From Octopus bimaculoides (Eukaryota): DNA of 36,940 nt. Numbering within the stretch: position 1 is the first letter of the stretch; every line of letters begins with the position of its first letter. Both the position numbers and the translations under genes were made by a program. This document shows positions 22,908 to 32,646 of this stretch, one piece after another. Where the stretch lies: the NCBI RefSeq assembly GCF_001194135.2, contig NC_068994.1, positions 46,229,117-46,266,056 of the forward strand, written 5' to 3'. The notes below the pieces were generated by a model. The model searched no databases. It was not told the DNA's origin and was given only the letters and a program-made list of their open reading frames with translations.

Positions 22908-23185
22908 CCAATAACAATAATAAAGTAACAACAACGTTTACTCTTGTTGGAAGTATTAACTCAAACATGTTTACAATATCCGCAGTTTTATGGAAGGTCA
23001 CTGTTTGACATGAGGTGCTTGTGCACTCGACTCTTTCAAAAGCCTGGCAATTACGTTGATTGCATCTATTCCAAGTATATATCTTCCGGAAGTTAGTAAT
23101 ATGTATAAATAGCCGAGTGCAGAAAGCTCGGTGTTATGTGTAGGAAGGACATTGCCAAAATAGCATGAATGATGAAATACGCTAC

Positions 23186-23360
23186 GGGCGCAGGCGTAGC
23201 CGTGCAGTTAAGAAGCACACTTTGCAAACACAAGCTTTCGGGTTCAGTCCCAATGCGAGGCATTTTGGGCAGGTGTGTTCTGTTATAGCCCCCGGGTCGC
23301 CTCGATGCCTTGCGAGTGAATTTGGTAGAGAGAAACTGTGTGGAAGCCCGTCACTTGTAC
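23186..23360 (+). mobile_element. Family B SINE 5' half, degenerate
   Basis: ggcgcaggcgtagccgtgcagttaag...gggttcagtccc...ttttgggcaggtg...gaagcccgtc. Confidence 0.75.
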
Positions 23361-23809
23361 AAACACACACACACACATCCACATGGTGGTGGTGAAAGTG
23401 GTGGTGGTGGTGGTGGTGGTGGTNNNNNNNNNNNNNNNNNNNNNNNNNNNNNNNNNNNNNNNNNNNNNNNNNNNNNNNNNNNNNNNNNNNNNNNNNNNNN
23501 NNNNNNNNNNNNNNNNNNNNNNNNNNNNNNNNNNNNNNNNNNNNNNNNNNNNNNNNNNNNNNNNNNNNNNNNNNNNNNNNNNNNNNNNNNNNNNNNNNNN
23601 NNNNNNNNNNNNNNNNNNNNNNNNNNNNNNNNNNNNNNNNNNNNNNNNNNNNNNNNNNNNNNNNNNNNNNNNNNNNNNNNNNNNNNNNNNNNNNNNNNNN
23701 NNNNNNNNNNNNNNNNNNNNNNNNNNNNNNNNNNNNNNNNNNNNNNNNNNNNNNNNNNNNNNNNNNNNNNNNNNNNNNNNNNNNNNNNNNNNNNNNTTTA
23801 AAACGTAGT

Positions 23810-24035
23810 CGATGACCTAACGAAGCCGTCAGCATGTCGGATAAAATACTTAGCCGCGTCCTTTGCGACTCTTAAACGTTCTGAGTTCAAATTCCGCCGA
23901 ATCCGATTTTGCCTTTCATCCTTTCGGCGTGAATAAAATAATGTACCAGTGGAAAAGTCCATCTAATCCCCGTGAAATTGCTGGCCTTGTCTCAAAATTA
24001 GAAAGAGTTATTATTGTTGCCGTTGTTGCAAAAAA

Positions 24036-24050
<15 letters not shown>
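23810..24050 (+). mobile_element. Family A-type SINE, near-identical to 21741-21970, followed by (GTT)n to about 24110
   Basis: 3 substitutions over the 178-bp core (21741-21918 vs 23829-24006); shares idiosyncratic variants absent from other copies. Confidence 0.85.
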
Positions 24051-24093
<43 letters not shown>

Positions 24094-24164
24094 ATCTTTG
24101 TTGTTGTTGTTATCTCCCCTTAACTTAGCGGTTCGGCAAAAGAGACTGAAAAAGTACCAGACAC

Positions 24165-24540
24165 ACACATCAAAGTGACACTTGGGTAAAATATACGAAG
24201 CCCATTATACCCATCATGACTACCCGTTTGATAAGGGTACACCAGGCACGTGCAGCACAACCATATGTGCGCGACATGGTGATCTCATATCAAGATAAAC
24301 AGCGCATGACCTCGCAGGTGGGGCCCAGTTAGAATTTTCTTCAGGCCGAGTAGCCAATCCTGTTCAAAAGGTCCCTGAATAAGGGCTGTTTAAGGGTGTT
24401 GAACGAAACGTGTTTCCAAAGGTGAATTATCCAAACCCCAAAGGGCTATGATGCCCCCCCCCCATTACTCCTACTCGTGATCAGAGATGTACATATCGTC
24501 AGCCACCGAGGGACATCCTCAACTAGATAAGGTCAAACAA
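24165..24540. mobile_element. Unclassified interspersed repeat fragment (possibly LINE UTR-derived)
   Basis: Begins catcaaagtgacacttgggtaaaatatacgaagccc, shared with 21991; resembles a repeat recalled from octopus sequence but not verified. Confidence 0.4.
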
Positions 24541-24564
24541 CCGTGTGTGTGCGCGCGCGCGCGC

Positions 24565-24765
24565 ATGTGTGTGTCTGTGTTTGTCCCCCACTATCGCTTG
24601 ACAACCGGTGTTGGCGTGTTTACGCCCCCGTAACTTAGCGGCTCGGCAAAAAAAACCGATAGAACAAATACTGAACTTACAAAGAATAAGTCCTGAGGTC
24701 GATTTGTTTGACTAAAGGCGGTGCTGAAGCATGGCCGCAGTCAAATGACTGAAACGATTAGAAAC
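24565..24765 (+). mobile_element. Family B SINE 3' half
   Basis: Aligns with 18085-18272 (gtgtctgtgtttgtccccc...catggccgcagtcaaatgactgaaac). Confidence 0.9.
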
Positions 24766-24949
24766 AAAGAATATTACTGTTGTTGTTACCGATTTATTTT
24801 GCTAAAAGCCTTTTCTTGTTGCTGTTTGCAACTGTTTCTTTGTTATTGTTGATATTGCACCCGTTGCTGTTGTTTTGGCGGCAGTGGTTTTGGTGGTGGT
24901 GGCGGCGGCGGTTGTGCTAGTGGTTTTCAATGGGTTTGTTGACAACAAG

Positions 24950-25330
24950 TTTCGCTACCAGATGTAGGATTCAGTCACGTGACATAAACAACAACGCGCG
25001 GAGGTAAGATAAAAAAAAAACAAACCAAAACAAAAAATAAAAATAAAAATAAAAACACGCCGTGACGACGCGTTGATGACGTCACAAACGAAATAACAAT
25101 TTGGGAGAAGCGGCAAACTTTCGACGACGAGGGCGGGGAGCAACCAAAACGGCAGAGCGGCGGAATGGCTAAATAGCGGAGTTAATAATAAATCAACAGA
25201 ACAACAACAACGACGTAACGAAAAATGAGGGCAGCACTGAGTCAAGAATTGTGACATCATCAGAATCAACAACATTAGCGAACCGCAACATCAACAATCT
25301 TATGTACTCTTGTTTAATATGGCGCTGTAG
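24950..25330. promoter_or_regulatory. CpG-rich promoter/enhancer-like island
   Basis: Non-repeat segment with GTCACGTGAC (24974-24983), TGACGTCA (25077-25084), GGGCGGGG (25131-25138), TGAGTCA (25238-25244), TGACATCA (25252-25259), AATATGGCG (25316-25324) and a plus-strand donor GAG|GTAAGA (25003/25004). Confidence 0.55.
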
Positions 25331-25549
25331 TTATGTCAGGAATTCTCTTCGATTATAAATAAACATGCTCCGTCAGAGCTGGCCGACGGCTAAATAATAA
25401 CATACCAACAGCATCAACTACAACAACAGCGACATTAACAGTCCTGAGTAGTCTAAATTCAATAAAACGATGTAGCTAAGACTGGAATAACTTTGGTTAT
25501 ATAAATAGGCCAGCTCAGGCAGAAATGTCCTAGTGTTGAATAATCATAT

Positions 25550-25947
25550 TGTTGTTGTTGGCACTCCGTCGCTTACGACGTCGAGGGTTCCACTTGATCC
25601 GATCAACGGAACAGCTTGCTCGTGAAATGAACGTGCAAGTGGCTGAGCACTCCACAGACACGTGTACCCTTAACGTAGTTCTCGGGGGATATTCAGCGCG
25701 ACACAGTGTGTGAGAAGGCTGACCCTTTGAATTACAGGCACAACAGAAACAGGAAGTAAGAGTGAGAGAGAAAGCTGTGGTGAAAGAGTACAGCAGGGTT
25801 CGCCACCATCCCCTGCCGGAGCCTCGTGGAGCTTTAGGTGTTTTTCGCTCTCAATAAACACTCACAACGCCCGGTCTGGGAATCGAAACCGCGATCCTAT
25901 GACCGCGAGTCCGCTGCCCTAACCACTGGGCCCTTGCGCCTCCACAC
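25550..25947 (-). mobile_element. Full-length family C tRNA SINE with (CAA)n tail and a 13-bp target-site duplication
   Basis: Minus-strand head gtggaggcgcaagggcccagtggttagggcagcggactcgcgg...ggtttcgattccc; tail ...gagtgccaacaacaacaa; TSD tgaataa(t/c)catat at 25537-25549 and 25948-25960. A (CAA)n tail suggests an RTE partner (inference). Confidence 0.9.
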
Positions 25948-26034
25948 TGAATAACCATATACCAACAAGATAATCATTATCAGCAACAATTACAGCAGCA
26001 AAGAAGGCAGCAGCATCAACAACAATATACGGTA

Positions 26035-26224
26035 ATACAGTTCTATATTTAAGAGATGAGGAATTATGTACATTATTTACATTATTTATATATGAGAACC
26101 CAGGTTCGAAATTTTCCCCCAAGACACCTGAAGAAGGCTGAGGGTATATCAGCCGAAACGTTGTGTTAACAACAAACAAGGTAAGGACAAATATCCGTCG
26201 AATGTAAATAATGTAAATAATGTG
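26035..26224. mobile_element. Non-autonomous Penelope-like terminal fragment with internal inversion and a hammerhead-like core
   Basis: Perfect 19-bp inverted repeat (26070-26088 / 26205-26223) around CTGAAGA-a-GGCTGA-gggtata-TCAGCC-GAAAC (26128-26159). Confidence 0.6.
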
Positions 26225-26518
26225 AACAAATGGTAAATTTTAAGACTGGTGGGTGAGGGGGTGAACATAAAATGTGTTTGTGAAGAGACAAGAGTATAGC
26301 TGAATATATTGGCCCTCAGTATATAACTGGTATTTTGTTATATCTGCTCTAATCGGAAGGATAAAATGGTAAAACTGATCTCGTTGAGATTTGAACTAAA
26401 TACTTCTAGGGCTTTTTTTTTTTTTTACTTCCAGGCCCAAAGGACCACATATTTTCTGAAAGGCGAAAGAAGGGAGTCGATTTCATGGACTCCGGTATGT
26501 TAAAGGTACTTATTGCAT

Positions 26519-26626
26519 TTATATTTAGAATTAATATAAGGCGGTGAGCTGGCAGAATCGTTAGCACGCCGGACGAAACGCTTAGCGGCATTTCACCTGT
26601 CTTTACGTTCTGAGTTCAAATTCCGC
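26519..26626 (+). mobile_element. Family A-type SINE head, truncated at a (CATA)n tract
   Basis: aaggcggtgagctggcagaatcgttagcacgccggacg...gagttcaaattccgc. Confidence 0.85.
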
Positions 26627-26698
26627 ATACATATACATACATGCGCACAAATGCACACATATACCTACGTACCTTACATATCCACACATATTCTAGAC

Positions 26699-27021
26699 CG
26701 TAGGTTCTCAAAGTGGGCGCTACCGCACCTCGGCGGGCGTTGAGCGGGTCCAGGATGGCGCTGATGTCTAAAGGGGTGATGGGGTGGGGCAGAGAAAAAA
26801 GAGGCATTGAGAGGAAGGCAGTGGATTGGGGGACGCTATGAATTTATAATATAGTATTGTATACAAATTATATAATATGGTATTAAATATCAGATGATTC
26901 ATAGAATATATAAATTAGTAAAATATAAAATATTTATTCATACATAAAAATGTGGGTGGGGCGCAGAGGGTATTATGTGGCCATGAGGTGGGCAGTGGCC
27001 CAAAACGTTTGAGAACTTCTG
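26699..27021. mobile_element. hAT (Charlie-like) MITE
   Basis: Imperfect 14-bp TIRs cgtaggttctcaaa / tttgagaacttctg; GC-rich subterminal arms; flanking 8-mers ttctagac / ctctggat fit the NTCTAGAN target consensus. Confidence 0.75.
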
Positions 27022-27036
27022 CTCTGGATGTATACG

Positions 27037-27093
<57 letters not shown>

Positions 27094-27231
27094 GGAGCGG
27101 CAGTGGTGTCAATGAGACCCAGAGGTGTCAGGTAATATTGAATAAGTGCTATGGATAGACCATAGTTAAGCTCCAGGTTTGGTGATTACGTGAATAAGGG
27201 GTTCAACGTAGGTCATATATCAGCGTGTGTA

Positions 27232-27468
27232 TATAAAGATTTACTTGGCGTAATGAGATTTAAAAAAACCAAGGCTGTGTAGATTTTAGAACATTTATAA
27301 ATAGAAGGTCTTACAGCTGTTTCCAGGATATTTATTATATCTCTTCATCGGAGATGGTGTGATAAGATGGTTAAGCAATAGTTAATTTAGATAAGATACG
27401 AAATAGAGAGTGAATTTCATTCCTCCAATTGGTTTTTTTTATCTCATTACGAAAAGTAAATCTTTATA
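27232..27468 (-). mobile_element. Penelope-like terminal fragment with inverted arms and a degenerate minimal hammerhead
   Basis: About 41-bp inverted repeat (27232-27272 / 27429-27468, about 4 differences) enclosing minus-strand cCGATGA-a-ga-GATAT-aataa-ATATC-ctg-GAAACAGCTGTA (27351-27312). Confidence 0.55.
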
Positions 27469-27946
27469 CATATATATATAAATATATATGTATATGCAAG
27501 CCAAAACTAAAAAATAAAAGAGAGGAAAACAACGAAAAGTGAAATGGAGGTATGCAGTGAATNNNNNNNNNNNNNNNNNNNNNNNNNNNNNNNNNNNNNN
27601 NNNNNNNNNNNNNNNNNNNNNNNNNNNNNNNNNNNNNNNNNNNNNNNNNNNNNNNNNNNNNNNNNNNNNNNNNNNNNNNNNNNNNNNNNNNNNNNNNNNN
27701 NNNNNNNNNNNNNNNNNNNNNNNNNNNNNNNNNNNNNNNNNNNNNNNNNNNNNNNNNNNNNNNNNNNNNNNNNNNNNNNNNNNNNNNNNNNNNNNNNNNN
27801 NNNNNNNNNNNNNNNNNNNNNNNNNNNNNNNNNNNNNNNNNNNNNNNNNNNNNNNNNNNNNNNNNNNNNNNNNNNNNNNNNNNNNNNNNNNNNNNNNNNN
27901 NNNNNNNNNNNNNNNNNNNNNNNNNNNNNNNNNNNNNNNNNNNNNN

Positions 27947-27960
27947 TTATTATTGTTATA

Positions 27961-28008
<48 letters not shown>
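27947..28008. repeat. (TTA)n microsatellite at a gap edge
   Basis: Direct read. Confidence 0.95.
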
Positions 28009-28009
<1 letters not shown>

Positions 28010-28301
28010 TGTTAGAGGAAGGGGAGATCAGCAGTTGGCCAAACATGTAAGTCTTCCTCTCCACGTTGTGGATGTTTAGCAGGGGAAAGGCAAATCACAC
28101 AAAACTTGGCACCAATGTTCGTGCTAGGCATTGCGCCAGAACGCAAAGACATGAAGAAAATAGCAAACAGACGCCTCATCCAATGTTCTAATAATTACGC
28201 CCCGCCATTCCCGCGCAAGCCTCATACTTTATTTATCGATCCCGAAACATACATGTATACTCATATGCACAGCCATACTAATATACATATCCATAGTTAC
28301 A

Positions 28302-28355
<54 letters not shown>

Positions 28356-29409
28356 NNNNNNNNNNNNNNNNNNNNNNNNNNNNNNNNNNNNNNNNNNNNN
28401 NNNNNNNNNNNNNNNNNNNNNNNNNNNNNNNNNNNNNNNNNNNNNNNNNNNNNNNNNNNNNNNNNNNNNNNNNNNNNNNNNNNNNNNNNNNNNNNNNNNN
28501 NNNNNNNNNNNNNNNNNNNNNNNNNNNNNNNNNNNNNNNNNNNNNNNNNNNNNNNNNNNNNNNNNNNNNNNNNNNNNNNNNNNNNNNNNNNNNNNNNNNN
28601 NNNNNNNNNNNNNNNNNNNNNNNNNNNNNNNNNNNNNNNNNNNNNNNNNNNNNNNNNNNNNNNNNNNNNNNNNNNNNNNNNNNNNNNNNNNNNNNNNNNN
28701 NNNNNNNNNNNNNNNNNNNNNNNNNNNNNNNNNNNNNNNNNNNNNNNNNNNNNNNNNNNNNNNNNNNNNNNNNNNNNNNNNNNNNNNNNNNNNNNNNNNN
28801 NNNNNNNNNNNNNNNNNNNNNNNNNNNNNNNNNNNNNNNNNNNNNNNNNNNNNNNNNNNNNNNNNNNNNNNNNNNNNNNNNNNNNNNNNNNNNNNNNNNN
28901 NNNNNNNNNNNNNNNNNNNNNNNNNNNNNNNNNNNNNNNNNNNNNNNNNNNNNNNNNNNNNNNNNNNNNNNNNNNNNNNNNNNNNNNNNNNNNNNNNNNN
29001 NNNNNNNNNNNNNNNNNNNNNNNNNNNNNNNNNNNNNNNNNNNNNNNNNNNNNNNNNNNNNNNNNNNNNNNNNNNNNNNNNNNNNNNNNNNNNNNNNNNN
29101 NNNNGAGAGAGAGAGAGGAAAGAAAGAGCGAAATTGTGGACCAATATGTATGTGTAACAGTGTAAGAGAGAGCGTGAAAGAGAGGTTGTGTATAGGTGAA
29201 AGAGAGTCTTGTACGGGGGGGTGTAGGTGTGTGGGTGTGAGCGAGAGATCGGTGGGGAAGAAATAGCGAGTTTGTGTAGGTCTGTGTCGATCTGTATGAG
29301 AGAGAGATGTGTATACGTAGAAAAAAAAAGAGTGAGAGAGAGGGAATGAGAGAAAGAAAGAAAGAGAGAGAAGGGTGGAATGCAACAAGTTATTTTCATC
29401 CGATATTTC

Positions 29410-29830
29410 GTTAAGACAAAGTTGCTGTTAGCCAACTTAACTACCGACAACAGTATATACCGTTATACCGTTATACCGTTAATCTGGAATACTGTTATAA
29501 CCATTAGAGCATTATTCTCTCACATCAGCTGTTTTGCTGAAGGCAAGTTAAGAGACTTCAGTAGGTAAAACACATCAGCAACAGTGTACCTTAATTCCGT
29601 TAATCCAACATACAGCTATACCGATATACCATTGTTGTCTCTCAATCAAATGTTTAATAAAGACAAAGTTTATTGCTTTGTAAGCTAAACAGCCGATAAC
29701 GAAGTAACGTAATACCGTTAATCTGATATACTAGTATACCTTTATACTGTTATTCTTTCCCATCTGTCGTATAAAGAAGGCAAGTAGTGTTAGGTAGGTA
29801 AATGAGCAACAGTAATAAACACACTGATAA
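29410..29830 (+). repeat. Old degenerate direct duplication, period about 245 bp
   Basis: Collinear anchors aagacaaagtt, taccgttaatctg, ttattct, gaaggcaagt, taggtaaa and agcaacagt each occur twice. Confidence 0.6.
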
Positions 29831-30059
29831 TATGACATTCTGGTAAACCGTTATTCCATTATACAAATAACTGTACACTTAAGAAGATAACCTGAGATGC
29901 TACTTTGCACTATTAGTTGCAGAGCTATGGCACTCCCTAACGGTTCCCGGTTCTTTGGTGCATTACTGGTATGTCGGAACATAATAGGGAACATATAATA
30001 AGGTGTGTGAGTGTGTGTGTATGTGTTTGTGTGCGTGTGTGTATACATATATATACACA

Positions 30060-30150
30060 CTGAACCTTTCAGACAAGATGACAAAAGGACCGACCGAGAT
30101 ACCTGGCGCTTTGCTATAACCCAAGAAGACCTGTGCTCCACAGCAGAACC
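30060..30150 (+). mobile_element. Possible 3' end of an RTE-like LINE ORF
   Basis: Frame ...TDRDTWRFAITQED resembles the DR..WR..V C-terminal motif of RTE ORFs. Confidence 0.35.
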
Positions 30151-30269
30151 GTTAGGGGGCCGACCCCCCCCCCNNNNNNNNNNNNNNNNNNNNNNNNNNN
30201 NNNNNNNNNNNCCACACACACACACACCACACCCTTCCCACCCGACCGGTGAAGAGGATTAGCCTGCAA

Positions 30270-30461
30270 AAGTCATGTGCCGGCGTCACATAAAAAGAAA
30301 CTTGTGCCGATGCCACGTGTAAGCGCTCGTGCGGTGCCACGTGAAATCGCACACAGCGCACTCTGTAAAATGGTTTGCGTTAAGAATGGCACCCAGCTGT
30401 AGAAACCATGCTGGTGTATATACACGTGTGTGTGTATACAAACATACACACACACACACAC

Positions 30462-30530
<69 letters not shown>

Positions 30531-30690
30531 CAGAACTCTATTCGAAAGTTGAGTCACAGGACTCGTGTTACGAAGGGCATGCAGCCGTAAAAACTGTGGA
30601 GCAAGACTCACTTCGTCAATATGTACAAATCCGCCCCTTGTCAAACTGTCGAACTCCTGCCAGCGTGGAAAGTAGACGTAAAATAACGAT
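30270..30690 (+). mobile_element. Fragments of an RTE-associated SINE-like repeat (30270-30412 and 30565-30690), split by (CA)n/(GATA)n
   Basis: Three about 25-bp units gcc(g)gtgccacgt.aaa, then ggtttgcgttaagaatggcacccagctgtagaaac and gaagggcatgcagccgtaaaaac...tgccagcgtggaaagtagacgtaaaa; recalled family, unverified. Confidence 0.45.
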
Positions 30691-31193
30691 TATATATCTA
30701 TTTATGTGTGTGTATAAACATAGAACTTTTCAGCACACCCTCATATATGTGTGTGTCTGTGTGTTTATGTATGTATGTATGTATGTATGTATGTATGTAT
30801 GTATGTATGTATGTATGTATACGTGTGTACTTGTGCAACATAATTTATTGCGATCTTTCGTTGGCCAATCTCGAGCAGGAATCCGACAAAACAAACGCTC
30901 CTCTCTTCCTATCTTTGATGTGAAATAAACAGATGGCTCCGGGCTTGGCCTTTGTCAGAGTTTTGGCTTTTCATATACATACACGAACATACACACATGC
31001 ACAAACATACATACACTCATAGACATTTACATATATCTGTGTGTGGGTGTGTATGAGTGTTATTATTTTACTTTTCTAACCTGGAATGGGTCTTCTCTGT
31101 CTATGCCTGGCGTTCAGTTATACCTGTTCCTCCGTGTATGTATGAGTGCATTACTTGATAGATATATATAAATGAGAGTATTGTAGTGCACTT

Positions 31194-31529
31194 GAAGCAT
31201 TGTGTATTGTTTGTAAAGAATAAAATGTTTCGAATGGTACAACAATGCACTATAATATAAACAATGGGCTATATACCAGTTGTAATTTAACCATCCATAG
31301 TCTGGTAATATTTCGGAATAAAATTCCTTCCTCAGATGTCCCTAGGAATTGATGGAGTCGCTGTTATAATCGCGCTAGAAAACCGATTATAGCAGCGACT
31401 CCATCAATTTCTGAAGAAGAAACTTCATTCCGAAATGTTATCAGACTACGGATGGCTAAATTACAACAGGTATATAGCCCATTGTTTGTATTATAGTGCA
31501 TTGTCGTACCATTCGAAACACACTGCTTC
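31194..31529. repeat. Long imperfect palindrome (arms 31226-31372 / 31384-31520, 11-nt loop), probably an inverted Penelope-like terminal repeat
   Basis: By-eye alignment of arms: about 12 substitutions and one 10-nt indel. The outer block gaagca(t/g)tgtg extends pairing to 31194/31529. Each arm carries a CTGANGA...GAAA core. Confidence 0.9.
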
Positions 31530-32179
31530 TTAGACTAAATCCGTTCCGAAATTTCCGAAATATATCAATATCATTCAAGATTTCTTGTAGTTACTTCCCT
31601 TATTTGCCTGATGATTTCTTTTTTTTTCCTTTTGATTGTAATTAATTCTATGAAATTTTACTTCCTAATCGCGTGGATAATCTTAGATGATGTTTTTTTT
31701 TGGGGGGGGGGGGTATCTTTTATAGTTACAATCGACTACATTAGATATAAGAGACCCCTACCATATCAACCGCTGTGTTTGTNNNNNNNNNNAGGGTCGT
31801 TTTCGCAGCCTGCCGTTAAGAACTTAGTCACGTGGTCTGTTGGGTGGTATATCTTAGTAAATGCCATAGCACCGGCCGGACTAGAAGACTTCTTTGGTTA
31901 GAAACCAAATACCCAAACAAACACAAAAAAAAGAGGGGTGGGAGTGTGAAATGAAGGAGTGAATACACACACATACACACGCACGCACACACACACACAC
32001 ACACATACACTCACTCACACACCTGAGCACACAGGTGCAAAAACAAATTGGAGGAAACAGCACTCAAATACCAAAGGTTGAGTAAAATGTTGTTATTTTA
32101 GTTGTTTATTGAAGCTGAAAATCTTCAGAATCTGTTTACTCGGAGTTTCGCGTAACTGATCGATATATATATAGATATA

Positions 32180-32590
32180 CAAACCTGGACACCAAACCGT
32201 TAATCTGTTAATTGTTAATTAACGAAGTAGGCATTTTCGTTAACAATTTGACTTTTAAGCTACCTTTGGAAATCATTATCGAACTAATTAACTTCCGTTA
32301 CATTTAACTTCCGTTACATTTAACTTCCGTTAACTCAAGTCAAGTTGATTTTATAGTTTGTTTGTTTTTTTTATTTTATAGTTTGGTACTTTTTAAAGGT
32401 GTTTTTAGGTGGTTTTAGAGCAAAATCTGATTTTTTTAAATATATAATAAAAATTAACGTTAACGGTTTATTGATAACTTCTGTTACATTTTTAAGGAAT
32501 TAACTGATTCACGGTTATCGAAGTTAACTTGTTGGTTAACGAATTAACGGTTAACAAAGTTAACTCTTCGCGTAACGGTGCCCACCTAGG
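32180..32590. mobile_element. MITE/Helentron-like element with TAAC/GTTA-rich subterminal repeats
   Basis: Right end taacggtgcccacctag; left end cctggacaccaaaccgtta; internal 16-bp tandem ttaacttccgttacat x3 (32288-32334). Confidence 0.45.
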
Positions 32591-32646
32591 CGTTCAGGTG
32601 AGTATACTGGCACTGATGTAGTAACATTTGAAATATTGTCCAGGTA

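Noticed and set aside
25860-25945. tRNA gene
   Set aside because: A and B boxes are present, but the segment is the head of a SINE with body, tail and TSD; no complete cloverleaf is evident. The same applies to family A and B heads.
28016-28052. Plus-strand 31-nt exon ending at CAT|GTAAGT
   Set aside because: The acceptor sits in a (TTA)n tract, the length is not frame-preserving, and there is no other support.
30270-30350. About 25-bp repeats resembling a CRISPR-like array
   Set aside because: Only three degenerate contiguous units with no unique spacers, inside a eukaryotic SINE-like repeat.
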